Below, in pieces: positions 28,880 to 38,310 of a stretch of DNA of 64,000 nt. Positions within the stretch are counted from its first letter, which is position 1; every line of letters begins with the position of its first letter. The notes below the pieces were generated by a model that worked only from the letters and a program-made list of their open reading frames with translations, did no database searches and was not told the DNA's origin. Origin of the DNA: Patescibacteria group bacterium (GTDB taxonomy: Bacteria > Patescibacteriota > Patescibacteriia > XYB2-FULL-38-15); NCBI GenBank assembly GCA_041653675.1, contig JBAZEY010000002.1:12315-76314 (forward strand), given 5' to 3'. The translations under genes were made by a program, and so were the position numbers.

Positions 28880-29698
28880 TTAAATCGCTCCTTTTATATC
28901 TTTCAACTCCGCCCAGGAAAAAACCGGACCGTCCTGGCAGACGAAGAAACTTCCAACCGCGCAATGGTTGCAAACGCCGACACCGCAGTGCATCCGCCGC
29001 TCAAGCGATAGATATATATCTTCATTGCTAAATCCTGCTTTATTTAATTTTTCCAAAACAAATTTATACATCACCGGCGGACCGCAGAGAAACGCCACTG
29101 GATTTTCCGTAAGCGGCGTCTTTTCAAACAAAACCGTAACCAATCCCTGAATTATCGGGCAAGATAATTTAAATTTATCCGTAGGCTTATCAAGGCACAA
29201 ATGAAAATCAATATCATTTTTCATCCAGGTTTCGTATTCATTGCGGAAAAGCAAATCATCCTCGGTTCTCGCTCCGTAAAAAATTTGAACTTTTTTATAT
29301 TGATCACGATTTTTTACGATTTCAAAAATTGCCGTGCGGACCGTTTCCAAACCAAGGCCGCCGACAACAATCAAAAGATTTCTATTTTTAGCGAACTCGA
29401 GCGGAAACGGCCGGCCGTATGGCCCGCGCACACCGACTTTATCCCCTACTTTCAGGGCATGCATTGCCTTGGTTACTGTTCCGACATTTCTCGCGCAAAC
29501 CTGGAATTTATTTTTTAATGAAGCATCTGAGCAAAGACAAAAAGGCGCTTCGCCAAATCCCGGCAGAGAAATTTCCGCGAATTGCCCGCTTCGAACGCTA
29601 AATCCGCGCGGGGCATCAAGCGTAAATAATTTTGAATTTGAACCCTCATTTTCAACTTTCAAAATTTTTACTGATTGTGGTTGGTATTGATTTTTCAT
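28880..29698 (-). CDS. Hydrogenase gamma subunit (FAD/NAD-binding, C-terminal [2Fe-2S])
   Basis: Oxidoreductase FAD/NAD-binding fold plus C.G.C..C cluster (CGVGVCNHCAV). Confidence 0.65.
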   Translation of the reverse strand: MKNQYQPQSVKILKVENEGSNSKLFTLDAPRGFSVRSGQFAEISLPGFGEAPFCLCSDASLKNKFQVCARNVGTVTKAMHALKVGDKVGVRGPYGRPFPLEFAKNRNLLIVVGGLGLETVRTAIFEIVKNRDQYKKVQIFYGARTEDDLLFRNEYETWMKNDIDFHLCLDKPTDKFKLSCPIIQGLVTVLFEKTPLTENPVAFLCGPPVMYKFVLEKLNKAGFSNEDIYLSLERRMHCGVGVCNHCAVGSFFVCQDGPVFSWAELKDIKGAI

Positions 29699-30687
29699 AA
29701 CGCCGCCAGCACTTTAAAAATATTTATTCCCACGGGACATGCCTTCGCGCACCGGCCGCAGCCGACGCAACCCATAATCTGAATCTGATCCGGAATCCGG
29801 ACAAATTTATGATAATACCAAAAATGAATTCTTTCAGCCGTAGTTTTCAAAAATTTATGTCCGCCGCCAACTTCTGAAAAATCATTATAAAAACAGGCGC
29901 CCCACGTTCGCTTCCTCGTGCCGCCAAGCCCCACCAAATCCGGCTGGTCTTTTATGTCAAAACAAAAACAGGTCGGACAAACGAGCGTACACTTTCCGCA
30001 TTCAATGCAACGCGCGCCAACATCTTCTTCCCAAATTTCTTTTTTATAAGTTTTCCGAAGCGCGTCGCGGTATTTTACCATCATCGGATCCAAACCTTCT
30101 TCTTTGATCGGCCCGGCGTAGGCAATGTGTTCATAATCTTTGTAACCAAATTTTTCCAAAACGCTTTGCCCCTCTTCCGAACCGGTATAAACAAAATATT
30201 TATTCTTCTCGCCTCGCTTCGCGGTCGAAGCGGGTTGCACTTCCAGAAAAATATCAAATTGCAAATGTTCCAAAATATCTTCTTCGTATTTAATTTGGAA
30301 AAGATTCTGCTCCACATTTTCAGGAATCAAACTTTGGCCAATGATAAGCGTCCGCCGCATGCGCTCTTGGTACCAGGGATCACGCTCAAAAATTTGATTT
30401 AGCATCACGACGGCTTTGAGGTCGACAGGATTAATGCCGAAAATTACTTGCTTTTCCGCCTTTTTCACTTCGGTCATCTTGTCTTTCTTGTATTCAAAAA
30501 GTGTTTCCTCTGACGGAACTAAAAATCTTTTGAATGAATGCAGCGGCGGTTCGGAAATTAGCTTCACCTTTTTCGCATTTTCCACTTCGGCATAAACGAC
30601 TTCTTCTGGCCGTTTTTCCGGCGCCCACACTTTGTAACCGCTCTTCATCAAAAATGCTATGAATTTTTGTAACTCGCCTTGTGTCAT
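29695..30687 (-). CDS. Hydrogenase beta subunit (4Fe-4S ferredoxin-type)
   Basis: CIECGKCTLVCP and CVGCGRCAKACP motifs. Overlaps the start of the gamma subunit. Confidence 0.6.
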   Translation of the reverse strand: MTQGELQKFIAFLMKSGYKVWAPEKRPEEVVYAEVENAKKVKLISEPPLHSFKRFLVPSEETLFEYKKDKMTEVKKAEKQVIFGINPVDLKAVVMLNQIFERDPWYQERMRRTLIIGQSLIPENVEQNLFQIKYEEDILEHLQFDIFLEVQPASTAKRGEKNKYFVYTGSEEGQSVLEKFGYKDYEHIAYAGPIKEEGLDPMMVKYRDALRKTYKKEIWEEDVGARCIECGKCTLVCPTCFCFDIKDQPDLVGLGGTRKRTWGACFYNDFSEVGGGHKFLKTTAERIHFWYYHKFVRIPDQIQIMGCVGCGRCAKACPVGINIFKVLAAL

Positions 30688-30778
30688 AAAATCATTTAAA
30701 CATCAAAACATTTAAACATTATAGCATAAAAAAGAACGGGTATAAACGCCCATCTGACATGCCACAACCAACCCATTC

Positions 30779-31390
30779 TTATTTTTTCAACCATTTTTTA
30801 TTCCAACCAACCCAATTCTTAAAAATTAAGACGCATCCGATAAAAACTCCTAAGGTATCGGCTGATAAATCATTTGCCACGTCAACTATTATATTTTGAT
30901 TGGAGTCGGAAAACATATGTGTCCCCCACCAAGTATCTCCTTGCTTTTGAAAAAATTCCCAAAAAAATGACAGCAACAAAACTAAAACACCACTAATTAA
31001 AATAACTTCCATCTTTTTCGGTACACCTTTCTTTATTTTTAAAATTCCATAAAACATCGCCCACATTATTACAAAAGAAGCTGGAATAACCACGTGGGCG
31101 ATTACATCATATTCAAAAAATTTTATGTAATGATAAAAATAAATCGTGCCGAGAGAAGTCGTAAAAAAAATCAATCCGCCGAGACCGAGCAACGTGTTAC
31201 CAAAAAAATCATTATAATATTTTTTTACAAACGCTGATTTCTGAAAAAAATAAAGAATAAGCAGGGCTAAGGCTCCCAAAATAAAACTGTTTAACAAAAA
31301 AATATTCCCTCGCCAGCCATAAAACGCGGCCGCCGCCAAGGCCGACCAAAAAGCTGACCAAAAAATTACCCTTATCACGCGACGGAACAT
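30779..31390 (-). CDS. Hypothetical polytopic membrane protein
   Basis: Several TM helices. No family recognised. Confidence 0.4.
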   Translation of the reverse strand: MFRRVIRVIFWSAFWSALAAAAFYGWRGNIFLLNSFILGALALLILYFFQKSAFVKKYYNDFFGNTLLGLGGLIFFTTSLGTIYFYHYIKFFEYDVIAHVVIPASFVIMWAMFYGILKIKKGVPKKMEVILISGVLVLLLSFFWEFFQKQGDTWWGTHMFSDSNQNIIVDVANDLSADTLGVFIGCVLIFKNWVGWNKKWLKK

Positions 31391-31470
31391 ACTTCAACAT
31401 TATTTATTTATATATTATAACATAAAAAACAAAAAGCCGGCTTTTCGGAGCCGGCCTTCTTGAACACTAT

Positions 31471-32484
31471 TTATTTTAACTTTTTCCCCACCATTTCCGT
31501 GAATTCCACAAGCCGCGTGCTGTAACCCCACTCGTTATCGTACCAAGCAATGACTTTGATAAGGTTTCCCCCGACGGCCATTGTAAGCTCGGCATCCACC
31601 ACTGAAGATAAAGATGATTTTCTGTAGTCAATGGAAACTAGAGGTTCATCGGAAATGCCCAAAATTCCTTTTAATTCTTTTCCCGCGGCGGCGCGTAAAG
31701 TATTGTTAATCTGGTCAACTGTCGCGTCACGGCCAATAACTAATGAAAAGTCCAAAAGTGAAACTGACGGCGTCGGAACGCGAATGGACAAACCGTTTAA
31801 TTTGCCTTTCAAATCAGGAATAACTTTTTCCACGGCTTTGGTCGCCCCGGTTGTCGTCGGAATCATGGAAAGGGCGGCGGCGCGGGCCCGGCGAAGATCT
31901 TTATGCGGAAGATCAAGCAAGCGCTGGTCGTTTGTATAACTATGGCAAGTCGTCATCGTGCCTTTCAAAATTTTAAATTTGTCGTTCAAAACTTTCGCGA
32001 TCGGCGCCATGGCATTTGTCGTGCAGGAAGCCATGGAGATTACAACATCTTTTTTCGGATCGTATTTTTCTTCATTGCAACCAATCACGTAAGTCGGAAT
32101 ACCCTCGCCTTTACATGGCGCGGAAATTATAACTTTTTTCGCGCCAGCTTTTATGTGCGCCGACGCGCCAACGTAGTCGGTAAAAACGCCAGTTGATTCC
32201 ACAACAATATCAATTCCTAATTTTTTCCAAGGCAAAACGCTCGGATCTTTTTCTGCAAAAATTTTTATTTTCTGCCCGTCAACTTCAATAAAATCTTTTC
32301 CGGCCGCGACTTTTCCCGGATGAACTCCATAGACTGAATCGTATTTATAAAGATGAGCCAGGGTTGCCGGGTCCGTTAGGTCGTTAACCGCGACAATATC
32401 AAGATTCGGATAGTCCTGGGCGATGGCAAAAAATTGTCTGCCAATTCGGCCAAAACCATTAATCGCGACTTTGATTTTTGGCAT
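31471..32484 (-). CDS. gap: Glyceraldehyde-3-phosphate dehydrogenase, type I
   Basis: INGFGRIGR and SCTTN motifs. Start set at the Met preceded by the GGGAGGAAAT SD. Confidence 0.9.
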   Translation of the reverse strand: MPKIKVAINGFGRIGRQFFAIAQDYPNLDIVAVNDLTDPATLAHLYKYDSVYGVHPGKVAAGKDFIEVDGQKIKIFAEKDPSVLPWKKLGIDIVVESTGVFTDYVGASAHIKAGAKKVIISAPCKGEGIPTYVIGCNEEKYDPKKDVVISMASCTTNAMAPIAKVLNDKFKILKGTMTTCHSYTNDQRLLDLPHKDLRRARAAALSMIPTTTGATKAVEKVIPDLKGKLNGLSIRVPTPSVSLLDFSLVIGRDATVDQINNTLRAAAGKELKGILGISDEPLVSIDYRKSSLSSVVDAELTMAVGGNLIKVIAWYDNEWGYSTRLVEFTEMVGKKLK

Positions 32485-32511
32485 ATTTCCTCCCAATTTA
32501 ATTATATTAAA

Positions 32512-33303
32512 TTATTTTTTAATAGGAACTTCAATAATCGTCCCCTCTTCTAATTTTACTATAACCGACTGTTTTAGGGTATGCCACCCAATTACTTTCC
32601 CCCGGCCGTGGTCGGTTCGGACGTTCGTGCCAATTGGCGGAAGTTTTTTTGCCGCTTCTTCATAATTTTTTTGCTCATACGCTAGGCAGCACATCAGTCG
32701 GCCGCAAACGCCGGTCAGGCGATCCGAGCCGCGATGAGCGATTTGTTGAAGATCGGCTAAGTCCGAAGAAATATTTCCCAAATCTTTTTTAAATTTTTGG
32801 CAGCAAAGATGGCGGCCGCAAGCTCCGACATCGCCGGAAATTTTTGCTTCATCGCGAATGCCCAGCTGCTGGAGACGAATTGATTTTTGAAAACTCTTAG
32901 TCAGATCTTTTACTAAATCGCGAAAATCAACCCGCCCATCAGCCACAAAAGCAAAAGTAAGACGCCCACCATCAAAAGAAAAGTGAGCGTCAATTAATTT
33001 TATTGGCAAATTATATTTCTTAACCAGCTGTTTGCAAACCGTCATGGCTTCTTTTTTCTGCTCTTCTTTTTCTTTGAATTTTATCATGTCGGCCGTGCTG
33101 GCTTTTCTGAAAATCGGTTTGATTTCAAGTTTTGCCGCTTCAACTTCTTTGGCGCCAATTTCTTTTACACCCACAATTTTTCCCATTTCCACTCCTAAAT
33201 CGGTTTTTACCACCACAAAATCACCCACCGGAAGATTTAACTCCCCGGCGTCAAAATCGTAAATTCTCCCCCAGGGCGTGAATTGGACTTCAACAATTTT
33301 CAT
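32512..33303 (-). CDS. PSP1/RicT (YaaT)-like protein
   Basis: PSP1 C-terminal domain with paired Cys (GRHLCCQKF...GRLMCCLAYE). Confidence 0.7.
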   Translation of the reverse strand: MKIVEVQFTPWGRIYDFDAGELNLPVGDFVVVKTDLGVEMGKIVGVKEIGAKEVEAAKLEIKPIFRKASTADMIKFKEKEEQKKEAMTVCKQLVKKYNLPIKLIDAHFSFDGGRLTFAFVADGRVDFRDLVKDLTKSFQKSIRLQQLGIRDEAKISGDVGACGRHLCCQKFKKDLGNISSDLADLQQIAHRGSDRLTGVCGRLMCCLAYEQKNYEEAAKKLPPIGTNVRTDHGRGKVIGWHTLKQSVIVKLEEGTIIEVPIKK

Positions 33304-33309
33304 GGCAAC

Positions 33310-33900
33310 TTAAATTTGGAATCTTACAAATCTTTTTATTTCAATTTTTTCTCCGATCTTGGCGATTTTTTGATTTACCAATTCTTCAATCGTGATGTCT
33401 TCGTCTTTAACAAACGGCTGTTTATTAAGACAAATATCTTCAAAATATTTTTCTAATTTTCCTTCAAGAATTTTTTCCACCACCGCCGGAGGTTTTTCCT
33501 GACCCTGCACTTCTTCAAGATACATTTGTTTTTCTTTGGCAACCACCTCTTCGGACACATCTTCCGGTTTTACGTATAAAGGGTTCGTCGCCGCAACCTG
33601 CATGGCAATATCATGAACTAACGCCTGAAATTCCTCAGTGCGCGCCACAAAATCTGTCTCACAACTAATTTCCACCATTGCTCCGACTTTACCGTTTGCG
33701 TGGACGTAAGCGTGGATCAAACCTTCTTTGGCCGTCCGTTCCGCCGATTTTTTCGCTGCCTTTATTTCGCCTTTTTTTCTCAAAACTTCAATTGCTTTTT
33801 CAATATCTCCATTCGCCTCATCTAAGGCATTTTTACATTCAACAATACCTGCGCCGGTTCGTTCACGGAGTTGGACTACGAGTTTTGGATCTAATGCCAT
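33310..33900 (-). CDS. tsf: Translation elongation factor Ts (short form)
   Basis: The LRERTGAGIVECKNAL UBA-like N-terminus and dimerisation domain. Confidence 0.85.
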   Translation of the reverse strand: MALDPKLVVQLRERTGAGIVECKNALDEANGDIEKAIEVLRKKGEIKAAKKSAERTAKEGLIHAYVHANGKVGAMVEISCETDFVARTEEFQALVHDIAMQVAATNPLYVKPEDVSEEVVAKEKQMYLEEVQGQEKPPAVVEKILEGKLEKYFEDICLNKQPFVKDEDITIEELVNQKIAKIGEKIEIKRFVRFQI

Positions 33901-33993
33901 ATTTTAATATTCCAATAGCTATTTCTAATATCGAATATCTCAAGAATATTTGATACTAGTCCTCGCACCATTGGTAACAAAAATTTTTTAATT

Positions 33994-34773
33994 TTACTTT
34001 TTCTCTTCTTCCACAACTGGAGCCGGCACAACTGGAGCTGGGGCCGGAGCCGCCGGTTTTTCCGGAGCCGCACCTCTTTTTGATTCAAACTCCGCTTTTC
34101 CCTCTTTTGCAGCCGCAGCGAAAAGGCCTACCATCATTTCAATCGCCTTTACCGCGTCATCATTTGAAGGAACCGGATAATCAATATTCTCCGGATTGAT
34201 ATTTGTATCGCAAAGCGCGACAACCGGAACTTTTCTCTTTCTCGCTTCAGCCACCGCGGTTTTTTCCGCCCTGACGTCAACGACGAAAATCGCTTCCGGT
34301 AATTTCTTCAAAGTTTCAATGCCGCCGACCAATTCTTCTAACTTCACAATTTCTTTCTGAAAATTCAACTGTTCTTTTTTCGTGTACTTCGCGAGTCCGC
34401 CGGTCGCTGTTTTATTTTTTAAATCAGTGAATCGGTCGGTCACGCTCTTGATGGTTTTGAAATTCGTGAAAGTTCCGCCGAGCCATCGGGTTGTGACATA
34501 CGGCATGCCGGCATCTTTCGCGTGGCGCTTCACAATTTCTTTAGCCTGTTCCTTTGAACCAACAAAAAGAACAACTCCGCCCGCGGCTGTTGTTTTTCTG
34601 ACAAAATCTAACGCCTCTTTTAATTTTTTTGCCGTTAACTCTAAATTGAGAATGTGGACATCGCTCCGCTCTCCAAAAATAAACGGCTTCATTTTTGGAT
34701 GCCATTTCGAGGCCTTGTGCCCAAAATGAACACCTGCCTGGAGCATTTCCAGCATTGATGGAATTTCTGACAT
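33994..34773 (-). CDS. rpsB: 30S ribosomal protein S2 with Ala/Pro-rich C-terminal extension
   Basis: LQAGVHFGHK motif. Start moved to MSEIPS, preceded by an AAAGGA SD (the track ORF extends to 34854). Confidence 0.85.
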   Translation of the reverse strand: MSEIPSMLEMLQAGVHFGHKASKWHPKMKPFIFGERSDVHILNLELTAKKLKEALDFVRKTTAAGGVVLFVGSKEQAKEIVKRHAKDAGMPYVTTRWLGGTFTNFKTIKSVTDRFTDLKNKTATGGLAKYTKKEQLNFQKEIVKLEELVGGIETLKKLPEAIFVVDVRAEKTAVAEARKRKVPVVALCDTNINPENIDYPVPSNDDAVKAIEMMVGLFAAAAKEGKAEFESKRGAAPEKPAAPAPAPVVPAPVVEEEKK

Positions 34774-34952
34774 AATTTTTTCCTTTTTTGCCTCTGTTTC
34801 GCCAAAACTTGCGGGTCCGGCGAGCGCCGGATCAGGAGCAAGTTTTAAGGGCAAAACATGTGAGATTACTATTAATTAATGACTTTCATCTATTTTTACA
34901 CAAAACCAAAAAATGCGCAAGGGTTTAGTTTATTTAAAAAATGTTGTTTCCA

Positions 34953-35744
34953 TCATTTTCTTCTCAATACTACTATATTGCTGTTTATCTTTTTGGCTCT
35001 CTCTAATTTTTTATTCAGATACCATTCATTAAGTGATCCTGGCCACCATCCCAAAAATTCAAAAGTGCCGCTATTCTCAAGCAACGTCTTCAATTCTTGG
35101 GGAAAGAAAAATCTTAGTCTTCTTGACGTTCTAATTTTTTTTATAAATTTCACCCCGCTTACAACTAAAGACAAATTTTCCTTATAAAATTGGCTAATTT
35201 TATCTACAAAAAACCAGTCAAAAGTAGTTTTAATTTTAATGTCCCCTCTTTTCATAACCCAACTTTGCTTACTATTGTCCTGCCAATCCAGCAGCTGATT
35301 CTGAATCAAATAAAGACCGCCTTTGCGTAAATTTTTAGCAACCGAATCAAGGTGTTTTAGCAAATCTTCCTTGGAAGAAAAAGTAAAAGAACCCATCATA
35401 ATAAAGGAAAAATCAACCTTGCGCTCCAATTTAAAATCACGCATGTCGCCCCTAATCGCCCCTACCTTAACTTGCTGCTTCTTGGCTTCATTTAACAAAT
35501 AATTAATCATCGCTTGACTAATATCTAGGCCGATGGCTTTGTATCCCCGTTTGGCTAATTCGATCAATTGAGGACTGGGACCACAGGCAATATCCAAGCA
35601 ACTTTTTACTTTAATACTGCTAAATTTTTTAATAATTTTCCCAAAATTTTCTACCTGCTTCTTTGGGTCGACAAAGCTAAAGGCAATGTCATAATACAAA
35701 GGAAAGTTATATATATTCATGTATATAAATTTATGAATTACCAC
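34953..35744 (-). CDS. Class I SAM-dependent methyltransferase
   Basis: LDIACGPSPQLIELAKRGYKAIGLDIS motif I. Confidence 0.65.
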   Translation of the reverse strand: MVIHKFIYMNIYNFPLYYDIAFSFVDPKKQVENFGKIIKKFSSIKVKSCLDIACGPSPQLIELAKRGYKAIGLDISQAMINYLLNEAKKQQVKVGAIRGDMRDFKLERKVDFSFIMMGSFTFSSKEDLLKHLDSVAKNLRKGGLYLIQNQLLDWQDNSKQSWVMKRGDIKIKTTFDWFFVDKISQFYKENLSLVVSGVKFIKKIRTSRRLRFFFPQELKTLLENSGTFEFLGWWPGSLNEWYLNKKLERAKKINSNIVVLRRK

Positions 35745-35765
35745 TTAATTATAACAAACTTTGTC

Positions 35766-35800
35766 AAAATAAAAAGGGGCAACACGCGCGGTGTCGCCCC
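35766..35800 (-). terminator. Intrinsic terminator closing the rSAM operon (ggggcgacaccgcgcgtgttgcccc + U-run on minus strand)
   Basis: GC stem directly after the stop at 35825, followed by TTTTTATTTT on the minus strand. Confidence 0.55.
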
Positions 35801-35824
35801 GGAGATCATGGTCTTCCGCAACCA

Positions 35825-35941
35825 TCAGCCCTTCTGAGTCTTCTTGACCCTCTTCCTGGTGGTGGTCTTCGGGGCCTCCTTCGCCCGAACCTTGATCTCG
35901 CTGATCTTGGCGCTGTCGAGCACGCCCTTGCACTTCGACAT
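35825..35941 (-). CDS. Possible independently translated 38-aa Lys-rich peptide (MSKCKGVLDSAKISEIKVRAKEAPKTTTRKRVKKTQKG) embedded in-frame at the 3' end of the YkgJ-like gene
   Basis: An internal AAAGGAGGT sits 6 nt upstream of an in-frame ATG. The same SD style is used by every other module. Confidence 0.25.
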   Translation of the reverse strand: MSKCKGVLDSAKISEIKVRAKEAPKTTTRKRVKKTQKG

Positions 35942-36604
35942 GATTCGACCTCCTTTGCAGTCAAAGAAAGGAACAAACGACCCCAACTTCCTGTGCTGTT
36001 TTTCTGTCCTGCACCTCCCTAAGGTAAGATACCGGTTGGGCCCTTCCGGGAATCGGGTGACTTCGTCAACCACCCGATAGCAACGCAGTATCTCTCGCAA
36101 TAAGACGGCGGGCACTGAGGAAATTATAGCACAGATCTCTCCGCAAAGACAACTGAGCCGACCGTTGTCTCTGAGCGTGCGCACCAACCGACAATTCTCG
36201 TGCAAGGCCCAAACTACTAGACCTTCAGCAGTTGTCTCGAGCCCAGCTGGATAGATGTGACAAACAAATGGTCGTTTGCCATACAGACGGCACCTTCGCC
36301 CCAGCCGACACGCCAACGGACAGTCGGGATGACGAACCCCCAAATCGTATCCGCCGTCGGACTTCTTCGGCAGGCAGTGTATGAAATCGGCCCGACGATT
36401 GAGCTGCAAGATTGGCACACCCGCACGATAAAGCCTTCCAACTTCCGGCGGCAAAAGCCAAATGAAGCCCTGGCAATCCGGATCTCGACAACCAACGCAA
36501 TCCAAACCGTAACGACGGTAAAGAAGGTCAAAAGCCTCGCTGATTTGGCCGATCGCCTTCAAGGTGAGGGCTGATTGCTTTTCTTTGTTGGCTCTACTCT
36601 TCAT
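35825..36604 (-). CDS. YkgJ/UPF0153-type Cys-cluster (putative Fe-S/Zn) protein with Lys-rich C-terminal tail; translationally coupled to rSAM gene (ATGA overlap)
   Basis: CVGCRDPDCQG followed by C..L...CRLYGKRPFVCHIYP, which resembles the YkgJ C...C.IY..RP..CR.YP signature. GC-rich. Confidence 0.45.
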   Translation of the reverse strand: MKSRANKEKQSALTLKAIGQISEAFDLLYRRYGLDCVGCRDPDCQGFIWLLPPEVGRLYRAGVPILQLNRRADFIHCLPKKSDGGYDLGVRHPDCPLACRLGRRCRLYGKRPFVCHIYPAGLETTAEGLVVWALHENCRLVRTLRDNGRLSCLCGEICAIISSVPAVLLREILRCYRVVDEVTRFPEGPNRYLTLGRCRTEKQHRKLGSFVPFFDCKGGRIMSKCKGVLDSAKISEIKVRAKEAPKTTTRKRVKKTQKG

Positions 36605-37944
36605 CTGACCACCTCGTCAAGGGCATGAACTTGGAGCAGGCGGCTGACGAACAAACGGATTTCAACCGCTTCGATTTCGTCAGCGAATTGCCGAACCAGG
36701 TCAACCTCGTTGAACTCGCTCTGGCCCAAGATACACTGAGCCACCCTCAAAGCCGTCGGATCCAGTTTCACGGTCTGGTAACGAGTAACCAAGTATTTAT
36801 TCGGATACTTGGTCAGCAGCTTCATGTACCGATTCGGCCTGAGACGACGGTAAACTGTCGGATATCTCTCGGCCAACTTAGCCGATGTCCGGCGACGCGG
36901 CAGGCGGATCGGCGGCTTGCGCATTCCGCGTACGGCATAATCGACGCAAAACTGATTTGAGCAGTTCACGTCGACCTTACAACCGCAAGTACACTCAAGC
37001 AGCAATGGACAATCCCTACATGGTTCGGTGACCCAAGCCAAGTCGCGATAAACGTCAAGAGACCGGCTGTTCCAAATCTCGGCCAGAGTTTCTTCCAGCA
37101 CGTTGCCGAAAATGAGTTGGGACTGATTGCAGATGCGAAACTCGCCGCGAGGGTTGATCGCCCCGAACGAAACGCCAACTCCGCAGTTCGACGTGAGACC
37201 TTCTCGGATCAGTCTTTCGTCGAGGCAGTACGGTATCGCAGTCCCAAAGCCGACCCGGCCGCCGAGTTCAGGAAAATCTCGGCGAGCCTGAAGCATTTGA
37301 CCGACCGCGACGCGGAACTCTTCAAGGCTGGGCTTAAGCTTGGGGTGACTGGCATTCTTCGCCCCCAGCCCGCCGTCTTCGTAGCGATCCACGTAGATGG
37401 ATTCCATGCCGAGACTGACCGCGATCTTGATGATCCCGTATATCTGATCAAAGTTGTACCCAGTCAACACTGGAATGCAGCGCACATCGTGTCCCGCTTC
37501 GACGTAGGATCTGATAGTTTCAAGAGTCCTATGAAATCCTCCAGGAATTCCTGTGTGCATCTCGTGCGTCTGCGGATTATCGCCATGAAGGGGCACACCA
37601 AAACAGGCGATCTTGGGTGAAACTCCCCTCATTACAATGAGGCCGTTCGTGACGATAGTCACCGACGAAGTCGGGCTAAGCAAATTCACATAACGGTTGA
37701 TCCGCTCCACGGGAACGAGACTGGGTTCTCCTCCGATGAGATAGACGTGAGGAATTTGATCCTCTGCCACTCTCTCCACGATGCTGTCTACGACCGAGGG
37801 ATCGAAGTGTCTATTCCTCTCCGGGTTGTAACAAAAAATGCACCTGCTATTGCAAGCGTAACTCATCTCAATGTGGACCAGGTGCGGAATAGAGCCGTGC
37901 CGAACGCGGATAGCCCTAACCATTTTTTTACTGCGTGGCTTCAT
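36601..37944 (-). CDS. Radical SAM enzyme with C-terminal SPASM/twitch-like Cys cluster and ~100-aa basic C-terminal extension
   Basis: CNSRCIFC (Cx3Cx2C) near the N-terminus. C-terminal CRDCPLLLECTCGC plus further Cys residues. A 2-nt gap after the RNHCP gene. Confidence 0.75.
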   Translation of the reverse strand: MKPRSKKMVRAIRVRHGSIPHLVHIEMSYACNSRCIFCYNPERNRHFDPSVVDSIVERVAEDQIPHVYLIGGEPSLVPVERINRYVNLLSPTSSVTIVTNGLIVMRGVSPKIACFGVPLHGDNPQTHEMHTGIPGGFHRTLETIRSYVEAGHDVRCIPVLTGYNFDQIYGIIKIAVSLGMESIYVDRYEDGGLGAKNASHPKLKPSLEEFRVAVGQMLQARRDFPELGGRVGFGTAIPYCLDERLIREGLTSNCGVGVSFGAINPRGEFRICNQSQLIFGNVLEETLAEIWNSRSLDVYRDLAWVTEPCRDCPLLLECTCGCKVDVNCSNQFCVDYAVRGMRKPPIRLPRRRTSAKLAERYPTVYRRLRPNRYMKLLTKYPNKYLVTRYQTVKLDPTALRVAQCILGQSEFNEVDLVRQFADEIEAVEIRLFVSRLLQVHALDEVVR

Positions 37945-37946
37945 GG

Positions 37947-38267
37947 CTAGTTCCTCGTCCCGGCGACAACTCTCGTAGATAGTTGCACTACGAGGGCCAT
38001 GTCATCCGTGGGAGATGTCTTGTTGTTCTTGATCATCCCGCATTTTTGACAACGATGCACAATTGCGTACTTGCCACCCTTAATTTTTACGCCAATCGGC
38101 TCCATCATCCCCCGGCATTCGGAAAGTCTGTCGCCAGGGAACGCATCAACGTGTTTGCTCCACAGACATCGCGGACAGTGGTTGGTGTAGCCATCACCCC
38201 TGACCTTGGCTCCACAATTTTGGCACCGAAAGTCTTCTTGACGGCGTTCGAATCTTTTTGTCTCCAC
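37947..38267 (-). CDS. RNHCP-domain zinc-ribbon protein (GTG start)
   Basis: The YTNHCPRCLWSKH motif plus CQNCG and CQKCG pairs. SD GAAGGAGGAG 5 nt before the GTG. Confidence 0.55.
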   Translation of the reverse strand: METKRFERRQEDFRCQNCGAKVRGDGYTNHCPRCLWSKHVDAFPGDRLSECRGMMEPIGVKIKGGKYAIVHRCQKCGMIKNNKTSPTDDMALVVQLSTRVVAGTRN

Positions 38268-38310
38268 CTGCTCCTCCTTCTTCTATGCAGATTTTCAAAG
38301 AACGTTGAGT

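Noticed and set aside
32485-32496. MGGN extension of gap
   Set aside because: The extension would read through the GGGAGG SD, and the conserved GAPDH N-terminus begins at MPKIKVAINGFG.
34774-34854. 27-aa N-terminal extension of rpsB
   Set aside because: S2 homologs begin near MSEIPSMLEMLQAG. An AAAGGA SD precedes that Met, and the extension has no SD.
35745-35933. 62-aa minus-strand ORF overlapping the end of the YkgJ-like gene and its terminator
   Set aside because: A different frame running through the terminator hairpin. Acidic and Gly-rich low-complexity. No SD.
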